Below are positions 11,937-23,728 of a DNA stretch of 64,000 bases, one piece after another. The position numbers and the translations under genes were made by a program. The first letter of the stretch is position 1. Each line of letters begins with the position of its first letter. Under the pieces are notes generated by a model. It was not told the DNA's origin, ran no database searches, and saw only the letters and a list, made by a program, of their open reading frames with translations. The DNA is from Octopus sinensis (taxonomy: Eukaryota): NCBI RefSeq assembly GCF_006345805.1, contig NC_043002.1, forward strand, positions 106,764,001 through 106,828,000, in the 5' to 3' direction.

Positions 11937-12606
11937 TGTAGCGTGGCAGTTTCAGCCACTTTGGTATATGACTATAGCGATATCTAATATCTTCACTGTG
12001 TGAAAGGCAAAGCAGAAATAATCTCGTTTGAGCTTACAACCATCTTTGGCCAACTTGTTCTTTTTCTAAACACTAACTTGATTGGTTGACGTGTGACACG
12101 AGGGTCCCTGCGTAGTTCGCGCCACTGGTGGACATATGACACGAGGGTCCCTGCGTAGTTTGCGCCACTGGTTGACACGTGACGCGAATTGTCTCGACTT
12201 ATTTTCGCGCCAATCCCGAATCAACCAATCAAGACCTTCGGTTAAAATTCCATTTTCTGGAGTTCGGTGAGCCAACCAAATAGTATAAAAACCAGTTTTC
12301 ACAGGCATTTTTGTCTTGAGTTCTAGTTCTTCTAAGAACTAACTTAGACCACCTACTGCTCAACTTAGAGATATGCGATTGTTTCTGCTTGCTGCTCAAC
12401 TTAGAGATAGGCGATGGTTTCTGGTACTGCTTGTGCTATACTGATACAAACAACATGAACTGTAAACCGAGTTCCATGGTTAATCCTATGGTCAGTACCT
12501 TTTTATGCCTCACGAACACACAGACACAAAACCTGCTAACACTTACAAACTTCCAACATCAGCATGATTGTAAAATATGTAAATAAATAATATTTATCTA
12601 CCAACA
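11937..12606 (+). mobile_element. Putative solo LTR (TGT...ACA) with promoter-like U3
   Basis: Begins TGTAGCG exactly where Tc1 homology breaks. Contains a 43-bp-period direct repeat (12094/12137), TTTTCGCGCC (12202), CCAAT boxes, TATAAAA (12284), AATAAA (~12584) and ends CCAACA. No TSD found. Confidence 0.45.
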
Positions 12607-13085
12607 GAAGACTTGTGTCAATTCACTTATGTCCTATTGTCGTTGTATGTATTTTATGGCTTGTAATGATTTCGTTAAGAGTAGAGCCGCATGCGACCGT
12701 ATTCCCGGCACGATACGACCGCGTAGGCACTCCACTATCGGTTCAACACCAGGCTAAAATTGGAATACACTGGACCTGTGGGATGACGTCAGCAGCTTGG
12801 TGCGTTGACCGGAAGTTGGGGCAACCGGAAGGGGCAGCCGTGAGGCGCGCGCAGGAAGCGGCGATTTCGGCCTTTCGAACGAGGGTCGTCGAGGTGTGAA
12901 GACATGTGAAGACGTTGCTAAGATTGGGTGAAGCAGCTGCTATCTTTAGCGTTCGGGTCGGGGCTGTGACGAAGGATCCGTTACCACTGAAGGGTCTCTA
13001 TCAGAGCGAAGAGAAGGTAGGTGCCTTTATATTCGAATCTCGCACACACTACAAGCCATTTCGGCTCTCCACGTAAGTCGTCACC

Positions 13086-13824
13086 ATGATGTCTGCGAAA
13101 ATCAGGATCGCCAGCGATATCATCAGACCCTTTAATGGTGAAGGTGATGTAGTGGCCTGGATGCGTAAAATCAGGCTGGTGGCAAGACTGCAAGGTATAA
13201 GCGATGTGGCAAGTCTTATGGCGCTGTATTTAGAAGGGGGCGCGTTAACGCTATACCTTGAGATGGAGGATGAGGAACACCTGAGCGAGGAAAAAATAGA
13301 GCAACGTTTGCAGGATACCTACACAGAATGTGAATACACAGCTTTTACTAAGCTGGGTACGATTTGGTGGACGGGAGGACAAGTGGATGAGTACGCGGCA
13401 GAAGTTAGAAGGTTAGCGATGCTGGCTGGGTTTACTGGAGAGAGCGGCGCGGCTGGCGTTTGTAAATGGGTTCCCCGACGATGTAGGGATTCTCCTACAA
13501 CGATTTCCCGGGAATAAAAAGATGGCGTTGAGCGAACTGGTGACTCAAGACCTCGTGTTGACGTGACACTCTGGGCGGAAGGCGATAGTGATGGCAGTGA
13601 CGGAGGTGCATAAAGACGGACGACGACCGGAGAAAGACGTACAGAAGCGGCCGTTCACAGGTCGGTGTTTTAGATGCCAGGGGTCGCACATGGTGCGGGA
13701 CTGTACGCAACCGGGGCCCGTTTGCTATCGATGCAGGCAGACAGGGTACATCGCCCGTGATTGCGACCAGGGAAACGACCGCGGGGAAGTTGCTGCCTCT
13801 CGAACTTTCCCCGCAAACGAGTAG
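13086..13824 (+). pseudogene. gag (frameshifted) with two zinc knuckles
   Basis: ORFs 13086-13517 and 13588-13824; CFRCQGSHMVRDC and CYRCRQTGYIARDC. Confidence 0.85.
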
Positions 13825-13849
13825 AGGCGCTAATGGAGACGCTGCCATT

Positions 13850-16500
13850 AATTGACATGTAGGCCGAGGGGAAGACGTTCAGGGCCCTCGTGGAAACGGG
13901 CTGTACGACCACCCTTGTGACTTCAAGGGTGACGAAGGAATGGAACGGGGCAAATAGCGTCCGGGCGGTCGACGGCAGCGAAATCCGTTGCAGAGGCAGC
14001 AGCAAGGTAGAGATAGTGGTGCGCGGCGCGACGCTAAGGCCGCAGGTAATTGTGGCTGAACGCATGATAGATGGTGTTGATGTGGTGATGGGGATGGACG
14101 CCATCAACTGCCTTGGTGGCGTCGGTGTTGTGGGAAATGAGGTCACGTTCAGAAGCGTGGGGGCGTCGTGCACTGCGAGTCAGGATCGCCAGAGAGAGCA
14201 GAGCCCCGCGAGGGACTGCGCCGCCTACACCATCGAGGACAAAGACTTTCAGGCGGTGGACGATAGAGTGGCGATGGAAGGACGAGCCCCCGACGCTGGA
14301 GAACAGGGTGAGCTGTTACCAGCATACCCTGAAAGGCCACGCCAGGGTTGAGTTTGAAGACGAAGTGGAGAGGTGGATCGAGGAAGGGGTCCTTGTCCCT
14401 TGGAAGGAGAGGGTAACAGGCGGAATGCTATCCCTGATGGCGGTAATGCAGCCTACGAAGGGAAAAGTCAGACCGGTGTTGGACTTCAGGGAGCTAAACC
14501 AGCATATATCGTGTCATGGGAGGTGAGGCGACAGACGTTTGTGGCGAGACGTTACGTGCGTGGAGACAGTCGACCGAGGCAGCGACGATTGTCGACTTGA
14601 AATCGGCATACTTGCAGCTCCATGTGAGCGACAAACTGTGGCGATATCAGCTGGTGCGGTACAAAGGCCGGACATACTGTTTAACTAGGCTGGGTTTCGG
14701 GCTGAATTCCGCTCTGAAGATCATGGCGGCAGTGCTTAAGTCCATCCTAGCGAAAGACAGCAAGATTAGAAAGGCCACCAGCTCCTACATTGACGACATT
14801 TTGGTGGACAAAACTGTAGTGCCAGCCAACGAGGTAGTTAGACATCTGGAGAAGTTCGGACTGATTGCGAAGCCACCGGAGGTGATGGAAGGGGGAGCCG
14901 TGCTGGGGCTGAAGCTGCGAAGAGATAGATCGGGTGAATTGGTGTTCCGGAGAGGGAATGAAATCCCAGAGCTGAGTTCCAGCGTCAGCAAGAGAGAGCT
15001 GTTCTCGGTGTGTGGGAAGTTGGTCGGTCACTACCCGATCGCTGGATGGCTGCGCACGGCGTGTAGTTACACCAAGAGACGAGCAGAGGGGGAGAGTTGG
15101 GGCGACAAGGTGGGAGAAGGGACAGTGGCGATGATGCAGGAAATCCTAGAGAGGACGAGAGTGGAAGACACGGTCAGGAGGAACTGGTACGTGCCCAAGA
15201 CGGAATGCGGGACCGTCTGGTGTGATGCTAGCAGTATAGCGATAGGGGTTGTATTGGCAATCGAAGGTGCTGCGGTGGAGGACGTGGCCTGGCTTCGGAA
15301 AGCAGATGATTTCAACCACATCAATGTCGCCAAATTAGACGCGGTGCTGAAAGGGGTGAACTTGGCCCTGAAATGAGGGCTGCGCACAATTGAAATCCGG
15401 ACGGATTCGGCCACTGTGCTTGGCTGGGTAGGATCGTGATCACCGGTGAAAGGAGAGTGCGGACGTAAGGTGCCGCGGATATGTTAGTGAAGCGCCGTCT
15501 AGGAGTTCTAGGTGAATTGATTGCCGAGTTCGGACTGAAGCTGAATGTGGTTTTCGTGCCTTCGGAGAAAAACAGGGCGGACGCACTGACCAGGATGAAA
15601 AGAGCGTAGTTGGAACAACCGGAGGAGGCCCGGAAAGGGATAGCTGCGGCGTGTCGGTTGGATGACTCCGAACTGAAGAGACTGCGTGCTATGCATCACC
15701 TGGGTGTGGACAGGACCCTGTATCTGGCGAAGAAAATTGATGCTGACGTCACTAGGAGAAGCATCCGGAAGGTGGTCGGGAGCTGCGACAGGTGTCAGTC
15801 CATCGACCCTGCTCCGTGTGGGCATGAACAGGGAAGCCTTTCGGTGGAGCAGAACTGGAAAAGGCCAGCTGTGGATGTGTCACACACTACCGTCAGGGAA
15901 TATACCTCTCCATGGTCGACTGCGGGCCAGGCCAGCTGGCCATTTGGAGGGAGTTGAGAACGGGCATTGCTGACGAGATCGCGCAGATCCTGAACGGGAT
16001 AAATTTAGAGAGAGGTCCCGTGGAAGAACTACTGATGGACAACGGGGCGGCGTTTCGTTCGGAAGCATTGAGGGTTATGCTTGATCGGTGGAATGTGCGT
16101 CGCTTGTTCAGAGCAGCGTATAGGCAGAGCGGTAACGGGATCGTGGAAGGCACCATCGGACAGTCAAGGCCATAGCGAAAAGAGGGCACATTTCGCCGCT
16201 TGAAGCAGTTTTTTGGTACAACTTGTCTCCCTGATCCGGACAAGCTGAGGAATCTGTGCCACAGAGAGCTGTGTTCAAATATGAATGGAGGCACCCGAGC
16301 AAAGCGCCGGAGGGTCACGAGGAAGAGAAGGGACCCGTTCACGTGAAAATAGGGGAGGAAGTCTGGGTTAAGCCACCAAAGGCGCACTGTACGTCTCAAT
16401 GGAGCAGAGGAACGGTGATGGCGATCAATTCCAGAAACAACGTCTTCGTGGATGGAATGCCGTGACACGTCTTGGACCTTCGCAGGATTGTCGCTTTGAC
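13850..16500 (+). pseudogene. pol (PR-RT-RNase H-integrase), disrupted by stops and frameshifts
   Basis: Motifs spread over ORFs 13890-14351, 14113-14526, 14516-15376, 15610-15957, 15912-16175 and 16256-16465. Confidence 0.88.
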
Positions 16501-16911
16501 GGACGACGATTCTGGAGAGGGGGAGAACGACGTGCCCAGCTTAAGGAGATCTCGACGCGCAAGGCACCCTCTCGGTTGGATGGTGGACTACGACATGGAG
16601 CGGAGAGATTGTGATCTTTAAGATCAGGGTGGCGTGTGGGATGACGTCAGCAGCTGGGTGCGTTGACCAGAATTTGGGGCAACCGGAAGGGGCAGTCGTG
16701 AGGCGCGCGCAGAGAGCAGCGATTTCGGCCTTTTGAACGAGGGTCGTCGAGGTGTTAAGACGTGTGAAGACGTTGCTAAGGTTGGGTGAAGCAGCTGCTA
16801 TCTTTAGTGTTCGGGTCGGGGCTGTGACGAAGGATCCGTTACCACTGAAGGGTCTCTATCAGAGCGAAGAGAAGGTAGGTGCCTTTATATTCGAATCTCG
16901 CACACACTACA

Positions 16912-17670
16912 GGACCAGAAGGTAATATGATCCCTAAGTCAGAGTCGGTGTGTGACCTGGGGGTTCACATGAGCAATGATGCAACATTCCATGTGCATAT
17001 TACCAAGATGGCAACACTGTGTAGGCGAGTGGCTGGGTGGATTCTGAGGACATTCAGAACCAGGAAAAGGGAGCCCCTGCAACTCCTATGGAAGACTTTC
17101 GTTCCCAGCTACTTGGATTACTGCTCCCAACTATAGTCCCCAGAGAGTGTGAAACAATCTGTGGATCTTGAAGCAATCCAGTGCCAATACACAAAGAACA
17201 TTGACTCAATGCAAAAGATGGGCTCCTGGGAGAGGCTAAAGGAGCTGAGTCTCCATTCCCCGGAGAGAAGATGAGAGAGATATGTGGTGATATATATTTG
17301 GAATTTCTTGGAGGGTTTAGCTTCCAATTTTGGAATTGACAACTATACGAGTCCTTGATCTGGACATCACTGCATCATACCAAAGATCTCATCTTCCCCA
17401 TCAAAAAATAAGGACACAGTCTGGGTTTCAAGGGCCTGTAATTGTTCAATATCCTTCCAGGCAAACTTAGAGATCTACATGGATAGATTTCTATCTGAGA
17501 TACTAGGTGAACCCACATGACGGCAGGAGACGCAAAGAAGAGCAGTTCCGTCCAATGTGCTACTTCACCAAAAAAACAATATCAGAAACAACACCGAGTA
17601 ACTACAGGTGATGCACCAGCATGACCTCAGCCCTCGGCTGAAACCAGTAAAAGATAAAAGATTAAAGATA
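16912..17670 (+). mobile_element. CR1/jockey-type LINE 3' fragment (host of the LTR element; continues from ~12750-12776)
   Basis: The frame LKLEYTGP|GPEGNMIPKSESVCDLGVHMSND...GWILRTFRTR...LDYCSQL...ERLKELSL spans the GGACC TSD; tail GGTGATGCACCAGCATG...AAAGAT repeats. Confidence 0.85.
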
Positions 17671-17715
17671 CATATATATATATTATAACTATATATTATA
17701 TATATATATATATAT

Positions 17716-17989
17716 AACATTATTGGTGAATTGAAGAAATGGAGCTGAATGCAGATTGAACAGAAATCGTTTTATTTCATTCTACACGTGTTTCGAAAGG
17801 CACAAATTACCAAAATCCGATTGAATAATGGGACCATATTGTGTCTTTCTGAAGAGAAAGACACAATATGGTCCCATTATTCAATCGGATTTTGGTAATT
17901 TGTGCCTTTCGAAACACGTGTAGAATGAAATAAAACGATTTCTGTTCAATCTGCATTCAGCTCCATTTCTTCAATTCACCAATAATGTT
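17716..17989. repeat. Near-perfect palindrome, 135-bp arms with a 4-nt loop (GAAG)
   Basis: 17716-17850 is the reverse complement of 17855-17989. Confidence 0.95.
17846..17925 (+). ncRNA. Type I hammerhead ribozyme motif (Penelope-like repeat)
   Basis: CTGAAGA 17849-17855; helix II GAAAG.CACAA/TTGTG.CTTTC; GAAA 17911; palindromic helix III ACACGTGT; GUA triplet ending at 17922. Helix I is weak here (TTT/GAA). Confidence 0.7.
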
Positions 17990-18137
17990 TTAATTTCAAT
18001 TATCCGCACCAACGCACGGTTGCAACGCCAGATGGTTGTACCTCCAACCGTGCTGTTCACTGCTGTGATTTTTGCTACTAAGGTATCGGTTAAACTTTGA
18101 TTAATCTACTACAAGATTATTCATCTTTCTATTTCAC

Positions 18138-18189
<52 letters not shown>

Positions 18190-18243
18190 ATTAGGGAATA
18201 AATCCAAACCTACAGGGAAAAATGAGATTTAGGATTAAATCCA

Positions 18244-18277
<34 letters not shown>

Positions 18278-19530
18278 TTAGAGATAAAACCACTATTAGG
18301 CAAATCAAACAGTGAAAAACATAAGCCAATACATAAAATTAATTTAAAATATAAAAGTTAAAAATAAAAAATTATTTAAATAATTTAAACTAATAAATTT
18401 TATATATATATACAAATATAAATATATATGTATGTATGTATATTTTTATATTTATATATTATTTCATTTATTAATTAATTTATTTATTTATTTATTTATT
18501 ATTTTTTTTATATATATATATATCAAAAGTATTAAAAGTTTAATAAAAGATAAAGAGTAAAACACTATGATCAGTTCATGGCTGTACCAATTCGAATAAC
18601 AATAATTTAAATTCAATTAATAATTCGAGTTATGGTTACAGTCAATCTTCAGGTTAATTGAAATATTTTAAAAATAATCAGAAATATTTAAACAATATTT
18701 TTAAGATATAAATAATATAATAATTTTACTTATAATAAACTCTATTATCAAAGAAACTTAAAACTTAACAATTATGATTATATCAAAATCAATTATAATG
18801 TTAAATATTAATTTTAATTTATAAGGTAGGAAACCCACCAATAATTTAATATCGGTAATAGTCTATATCTAATTACATAAGTATTTTTTTTTAAAAATAA
18901 CTATTATATATAAATTATCAATGAAAATATATAAATGTATATAAATATTATAATTAAGATCTAAAATAATCTCTATAAATAAATATATATGCACATATAA
19001 TAAAAACCTAATAAATTAATTTTTCATATTTAAAGATGAAATAGCTAATTTCAAAAATTACAAACAAACAAACTTAAACAAACTTTCGGAAATCTTATGT
19101 AAAATACTTATAGAAATAATCAATTCGTAGTTATATAGTATGAAATAAATACTATAAATACTATAAATATAATTATCAATGGGAATAACTAGCGAATATC
19201 AATTTTAAAAGACAATAACTAAGTTATGCTATTAAGTTAGACATGGCCTGGACCAATCTTTAGTCGAAACATATCTAAGTTTATCTAATTTTAATAATAA
19301 GAAATTTGAAACTACAATTAATACTATTAATACATGTATATACAAAATCCTAACTTTAGACACCTCGTATATTTGCTATCAAACATAAATCTATCGCTAA
19401 GTAGTATCTTACGAATAAACTTAAATTTAATATCTAATAATATAGAAAATTATGATAATTAGATCATTACATAAACAACAATATTTACATAAGGAAAATA
19501 TTATTACACCAAAGACTAATAAAATATTAA
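18190..19530. repeat. Extremely AT-rich degenerate repeat remnant (possibly Penelope-derived)
   Basis: Very low GC; flanked by (TA)n; degenerate TCTTCAG/TTTCG motifs; no meaningful ORF. Confidence 0.35.
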
Positions 19531-19652
19531 AATTTACATATATATATATATATATGTGTGTGTGTATGGTGTGTGTGTGTATGGTGTGTGTGTGTGTCTT
19601 TCTCACCTTTTGAATTTTGTAAAGGCACCTCACTACCATGGCCTAAAAGCAG

Positions 19653-19691
<39 letters not shown>

Positions 19692-20031
19692 TTGCCCTGC
19701 AGTACCTGGAAGCTTTGTCACACTTCTGATAAAAATAAATCATGAATAGATAAATGAATAAGTAGGTAAATGGATATATGAAGTGTTTTCCAAGAAAATA
19801 TTGTCTTTTTCTTTTCCAGGTGAATTGCAATGAGATGATTATGTTTGCAAGTGGGTGGAGCTCTTAAACTTGCCTGCTGCTTTCTGAGTTTTTTCATATA
19901 TGAGTGAATGTGCACACACATTTGTGCATGTGTGTGTGTGTGTGTGTGTTTCTGTGTTTCTGTATATACATTTTAAATGGAAACCAACCTATTTTCTCAG
20001 AATTACAGCTAATTAGTATTCCTGTATATAG

Positions 20032-20106
20032 GTCATTGCAGCCAGAACCTCAGAGACAACAGGACAGGATAGACTTGAAACTTCGTGGTCACATCATTTG
20101 CTACAG
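20032..20106 (+). other. Probable upstream exon of C19orf12-like copy A (5' UTR if joined directly to 24526)
   Basis: CTAAT branch point + tatAG acceptor; CAG|GTAACT donor; 75 nt; paralogous exon at 36755-36829. Confidence 0.45.
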
Positions 20107-21235
20107 GTAACTATGTTTTGACTAATATATATCCATATTTTTAAATATTCATTTCATATATAACATGATATTTTAAACTATTTATTTCATATGAAACAAT
20201 CCTATTGTTTAAGCTCTAAAACAGATCAATTTTAAGAAATTCGAAATAAATGGTTTCATTTCTCTAAAAGGTCGAATGATCATTGCTGGAACATCTTTAG
20301 GAATTCACATGTTGTCTAAAAAGTTTGTTTCTATTGCATTCTAAAATGAATCATTGCTTTTCAGAGTTCAGTACAGTATTGTATTTATTTCTGCATTTAC
20401 TTTATTGGGTTAATAAAACTTGTTATTTATTTGAATTATATTTCTATTTCATTTTACGTCTCTCATTTCTACTCATCATCATCACCATCATCATTGTTGT
20501 CGTTGTCTTTTAACATCCATTTTCCATGCAGGCATGGGTTAGACAATTTGACTGGAGCTGGCTAGCTGGGGAGTCTGTTGTAATTGACTTCAGATACAAT
20601 AAACTTGTTATTAATATTTCTAGAGGGACGGATGGTGTTACCTTAATTAATGTTAGTATTAGTAAATGTATCAATATTTAGCAGGTTGATATTATGTGAA
20701 GAGTTAATAAGAGAATCACTAAGTTTATCCAGTTTGACATTTCTAATTTTTATTCATCTATTGACCCAATAGTACTTAATAAGACACTTTGGCTTGCTCA
20801 TAACAAAGCTGGTCTCACCAGGGAAAAAATTTAGGTTGTGTTGGCAGCCGGAAAATTTATTCATTTATTTATATATATTATACGAAATATTTCACATAAA
20901 CCCGAAGTTTTTACTTTTAAAAATAAGGAGTTACAACCTTTTTGATTGTGTGATATTTTGCTACCCTGGTAACTATTTATCTATTTTTTCCGTGTTAATT
21001 GTTAACAAGGGAAACATTCACACATCTATATATGTATGTATGTATGAATGTATGTATGTATGTATGTATGTATGTATGTATGTATGTATATATGTATGTA
21101 TGTATGTATGTATGCATGCATGTATGTATGTATGTATATATGTTTGTATGTATGTGTGTGTGTATGTATGTATGTATGCATATATGTGTGTGTATATATA
21201 TATAAATATATATAGTGTTTTAATGAGTTTTGTGT

Positions 21236-21570
21236 GAAGGCACATGGATTAGTGGCTAGAGTGTAGAGCTTACAATCGCGAGGTTGTAAGTTCAAATCCT
21301 GGACTGGGCTGTGTGTTTTGTCCTTGAGCAAGACACTTTATTTCACTTTGCTCCAGTTAACTCAACTGTAGAAATGAGTTGCGACATCACTGGTACCAAG
21401 CTGTATCGGTCTTTGCCTTTCCCTTGGATAACATCTGTGGCATGGAGAGGGGAGGCTGGAATGCATGGGCGACTGCTAGCCTTCCACAAACAATCTTGCC
21501 TGGACTTGTGCATCAGAGGGTAACTTTCTAGGTGCAATCCCATGGTCATTCATGATCGAAGGGGATCTCC
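21236..21570 (+). mobile_element. tRNA-derived SINE family C (paralog 39596-39928)
   Basis: Head GGCACATGGATTAGTGGCTAGAG...GTTCAAATCC, then CCTTGAGCAAGACACTT. Confidence 0.75.
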
Positions 21571-22429
21571 TAATGAGTTTTGTAAGATGGTATGGTAATT
21601 TAAAAAGCAACAATTGGACATCCAGGAAATTTAGTTATTCAGTATCCTTTAGTCCTTGTGGTACTACATAGAAGAGAGTATAATGTAACATGATATGGTA
21701 AAATATTGATGATGTTGATTTCATGTATAACAATTTCATGAATAGTTCAATGTCAAGGCTTCTCTTTGAAGGCCACCCCCTTTAATTTCCTCAAAAAGTA
21801 ATTACAGTAGAACTTTGCAACACAGGTACCCCATTGTATGAATAATTTGTTGTATGGGCCAAGACTCGTGCAAATTTTTGTCTAGAAGTATGAGCAGAAA
21901 ATTCGCAAACAGCACACAAGTCATCCTGTTTTTAAGGTCTTTCAGTTAATAAAACCAGTTTATATATTTCCTTTGCATTCTCTTTTTGAAAACTGTCATT
22001 TTACTTGTAACTACACCTTTTCTATTTTAAAACCCCATAAAAAATTATTTTTGAGTGGTTCTTGGGGACTGAAACAGATTAATTATATTTTAGTTAATTT
22101 CAATGGGAAAATTGATTTGTAAAACAAGTAAATCGTAAGGCAAGGTCAGTCATGGAACGAATTAAACTTGTTCTGCGAAGTATCACTGTACTTCAATGAA
22201 GTCAATTGGTTTCACTTTCAATAGAAACCTAGTTTTCCATAGAAAAAAACACACACACAAACACTTATACCTACAGTCTTTATCTCCCTCTTTCCTGCTC
22301 TCTCGTTCCCTCTCTCTGCCTGCTTTACTCACTCCTCCCATCCACGCTCTCTCCCTCTTACTGCTTACCTCACACATATTACACATGCATCAATGCACAA
22401 CAATTGAACAATAAAGCTGTCTTTATGTA

Positions 22430-22755
22430 TATATGTGTGGCACCTTGGGCAAGTGTCTTCTACTATAGCTTCAGGCCTACCAAATCCTTGTGAGTGGATT
22501 AGATTGACGGAAACTGAAAGAAGCCCGTCGTATATATGTATATATATGTGTGCGTATATGCTTGTGTGTCTGTGTTTGTCCCTCCAATATCGCTTGACAA
22601 CCGATGCTGGTGTGTTTACGTCCCTGTAACTTAGTGGTTCGGCAAAAGAGACCAATAGAATAAGTACTAGGCTTACAAAAAGAGGGGGCTGATTTGCTCG
22701 ACTAAAGGCGGTGCTCCAGCATGGCCACAGTCACATGATTGAAACAAGTAAAAGG
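22430..22755 (+). mobile_element. SINE family B (other copies ~23850-23945, 25100-25300, 40820-41310, 45860-46090, 46560-46980, 59190-59290)
   Basis: GGCACCTTGGGCAAGTGTCTTCTACTATAG...GAAACTGAAAGAAGCCCGTCG; tail GGCGGTGCTCCAGCATGGCCACAG. Confidence 0.8.
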
Positions 22756-23104
22756 GCAACTGAATAATCGTCACATACTATATTACAGATAAATTCCTCT
22801 ATTTACTTAATATTGAGGTCGCATTCATTCTTTTGCTGTCTTACCATTACTATTAATATCTTTATATATATAAAACTGAGAATGTGTCTCTGTCTGTCTG
22901 TCTGTCTGTGTGTTTCCCTAAAACTTCAGAACTACGCAACCAATTTCATTCAAATTTTACACATGCCTTACTTAGGGTCCGGGGAGTGTCATCGGCAAAA
23001 ATAATTTTGAACTTTTTGCCTAGGGCGAGCCCACAGCAGTATCATATCTTCTCTACTACGATTCCCTAAAACTTGAGAACTACATTAAATTAAATCTGGC
23101 CAAC

Positions 23105-23728
23105 AAAAATTTAGCAAAACAACCAAAACATATTCGAGCAAGATAAAAGAAAAATCAATAAAAATATGGATTATTTGCATACATGTTTCACTATTAACAT
23201 GTTACGTAATTTTACTTACATAAATGTCCGTAGATCATCAGTGCGACCGTCCAGATGGATATAATTTGCAGGACTGCATACTAGGACGTCCGCACAAAGT
23301 CAGATTTGTAAAGAGTCCTACAACTGGTGTGAAATCGATGTTAATTAAATTAATATCTAATTTCTCATCCTCATTTTAAATTTAAATTTAAATTAATACA
23401 TTCTCTAGCCGGCAAAGGCCACTGCAATAAAGTATTATCTGCAGCATAAGTTTTCCGGTAATTTAGCGCACCAAAACGAGGACATTTAAAATAGTAACCA
23501 CGAGTGTAAAGGGTAGAACTCTTTACAGATCTGACTTTTTGCGGACGTCCTAGTATGCAGTCCTGCAAATTATATTCATCTGGACAATCGCACCGATGAT
23601 CTACAGACATTTATGTAAGTAAAGTTAATTAATATGTTAATAGTGAAATATGTATGCGATTAATCCATATTTTTATTGCTTTTCTTTTGTCTTGCTTGAT
23701 TACGTTTTGGTTGTTTTGCTAAATTTTT
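23105..23728. repeat. Long inverted repeat (~215-bp arms, ~190-bp spacer), MITE/foldback-like; paralog ~41463-42090
   Basis: 23105-23321 is the approximate reverse complement of 23513-23728. Confidence 0.85.

Larger units (their letters stand above)
12777..16911 (+). mobile_element. Complete LTR retrotransposon (Gypsy-type order gag-PR-RT-RH-INT), 4135 bp, degenerate ORFs
   Basis: 277-bp LTRs at 12777-13053 and 16635-16911 (TG...CA, ~12 mismatches); GGACC TSD at 12772-12776 and 16912-16916. Gag with two zinc knuckles, PR ALVETG, RT VLDFRELN/DLKSAYLQ/YIDD, RH WCDASS, INT HH-CC and MDNG...SGNGIVE. Confidence 0.95.

Noticed and set aside
18560-19275. Minus-strand CTGAAGA (~18650) and CTAAAGA (~19262) as ribozyme cores
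   Set aside because: No matching helix II or GAAA; at most decayed remnants.
19788-19796. Single GAS motif TTCCAAGAA near the putative 5' end of each C19orf12-like copy (also 36517)
   Set aside because: One TTCN3GAA is expected by chance every few kb, and the second copy is not independent.
22859-23050. Helitron 5' end (TCTTTATATATATAAAACTGAG + (CTGT)n)
   Set aside because: Suggestive, but I could not find a matching hairpin-CTAG 3' end, so no element boundaries are claimed.
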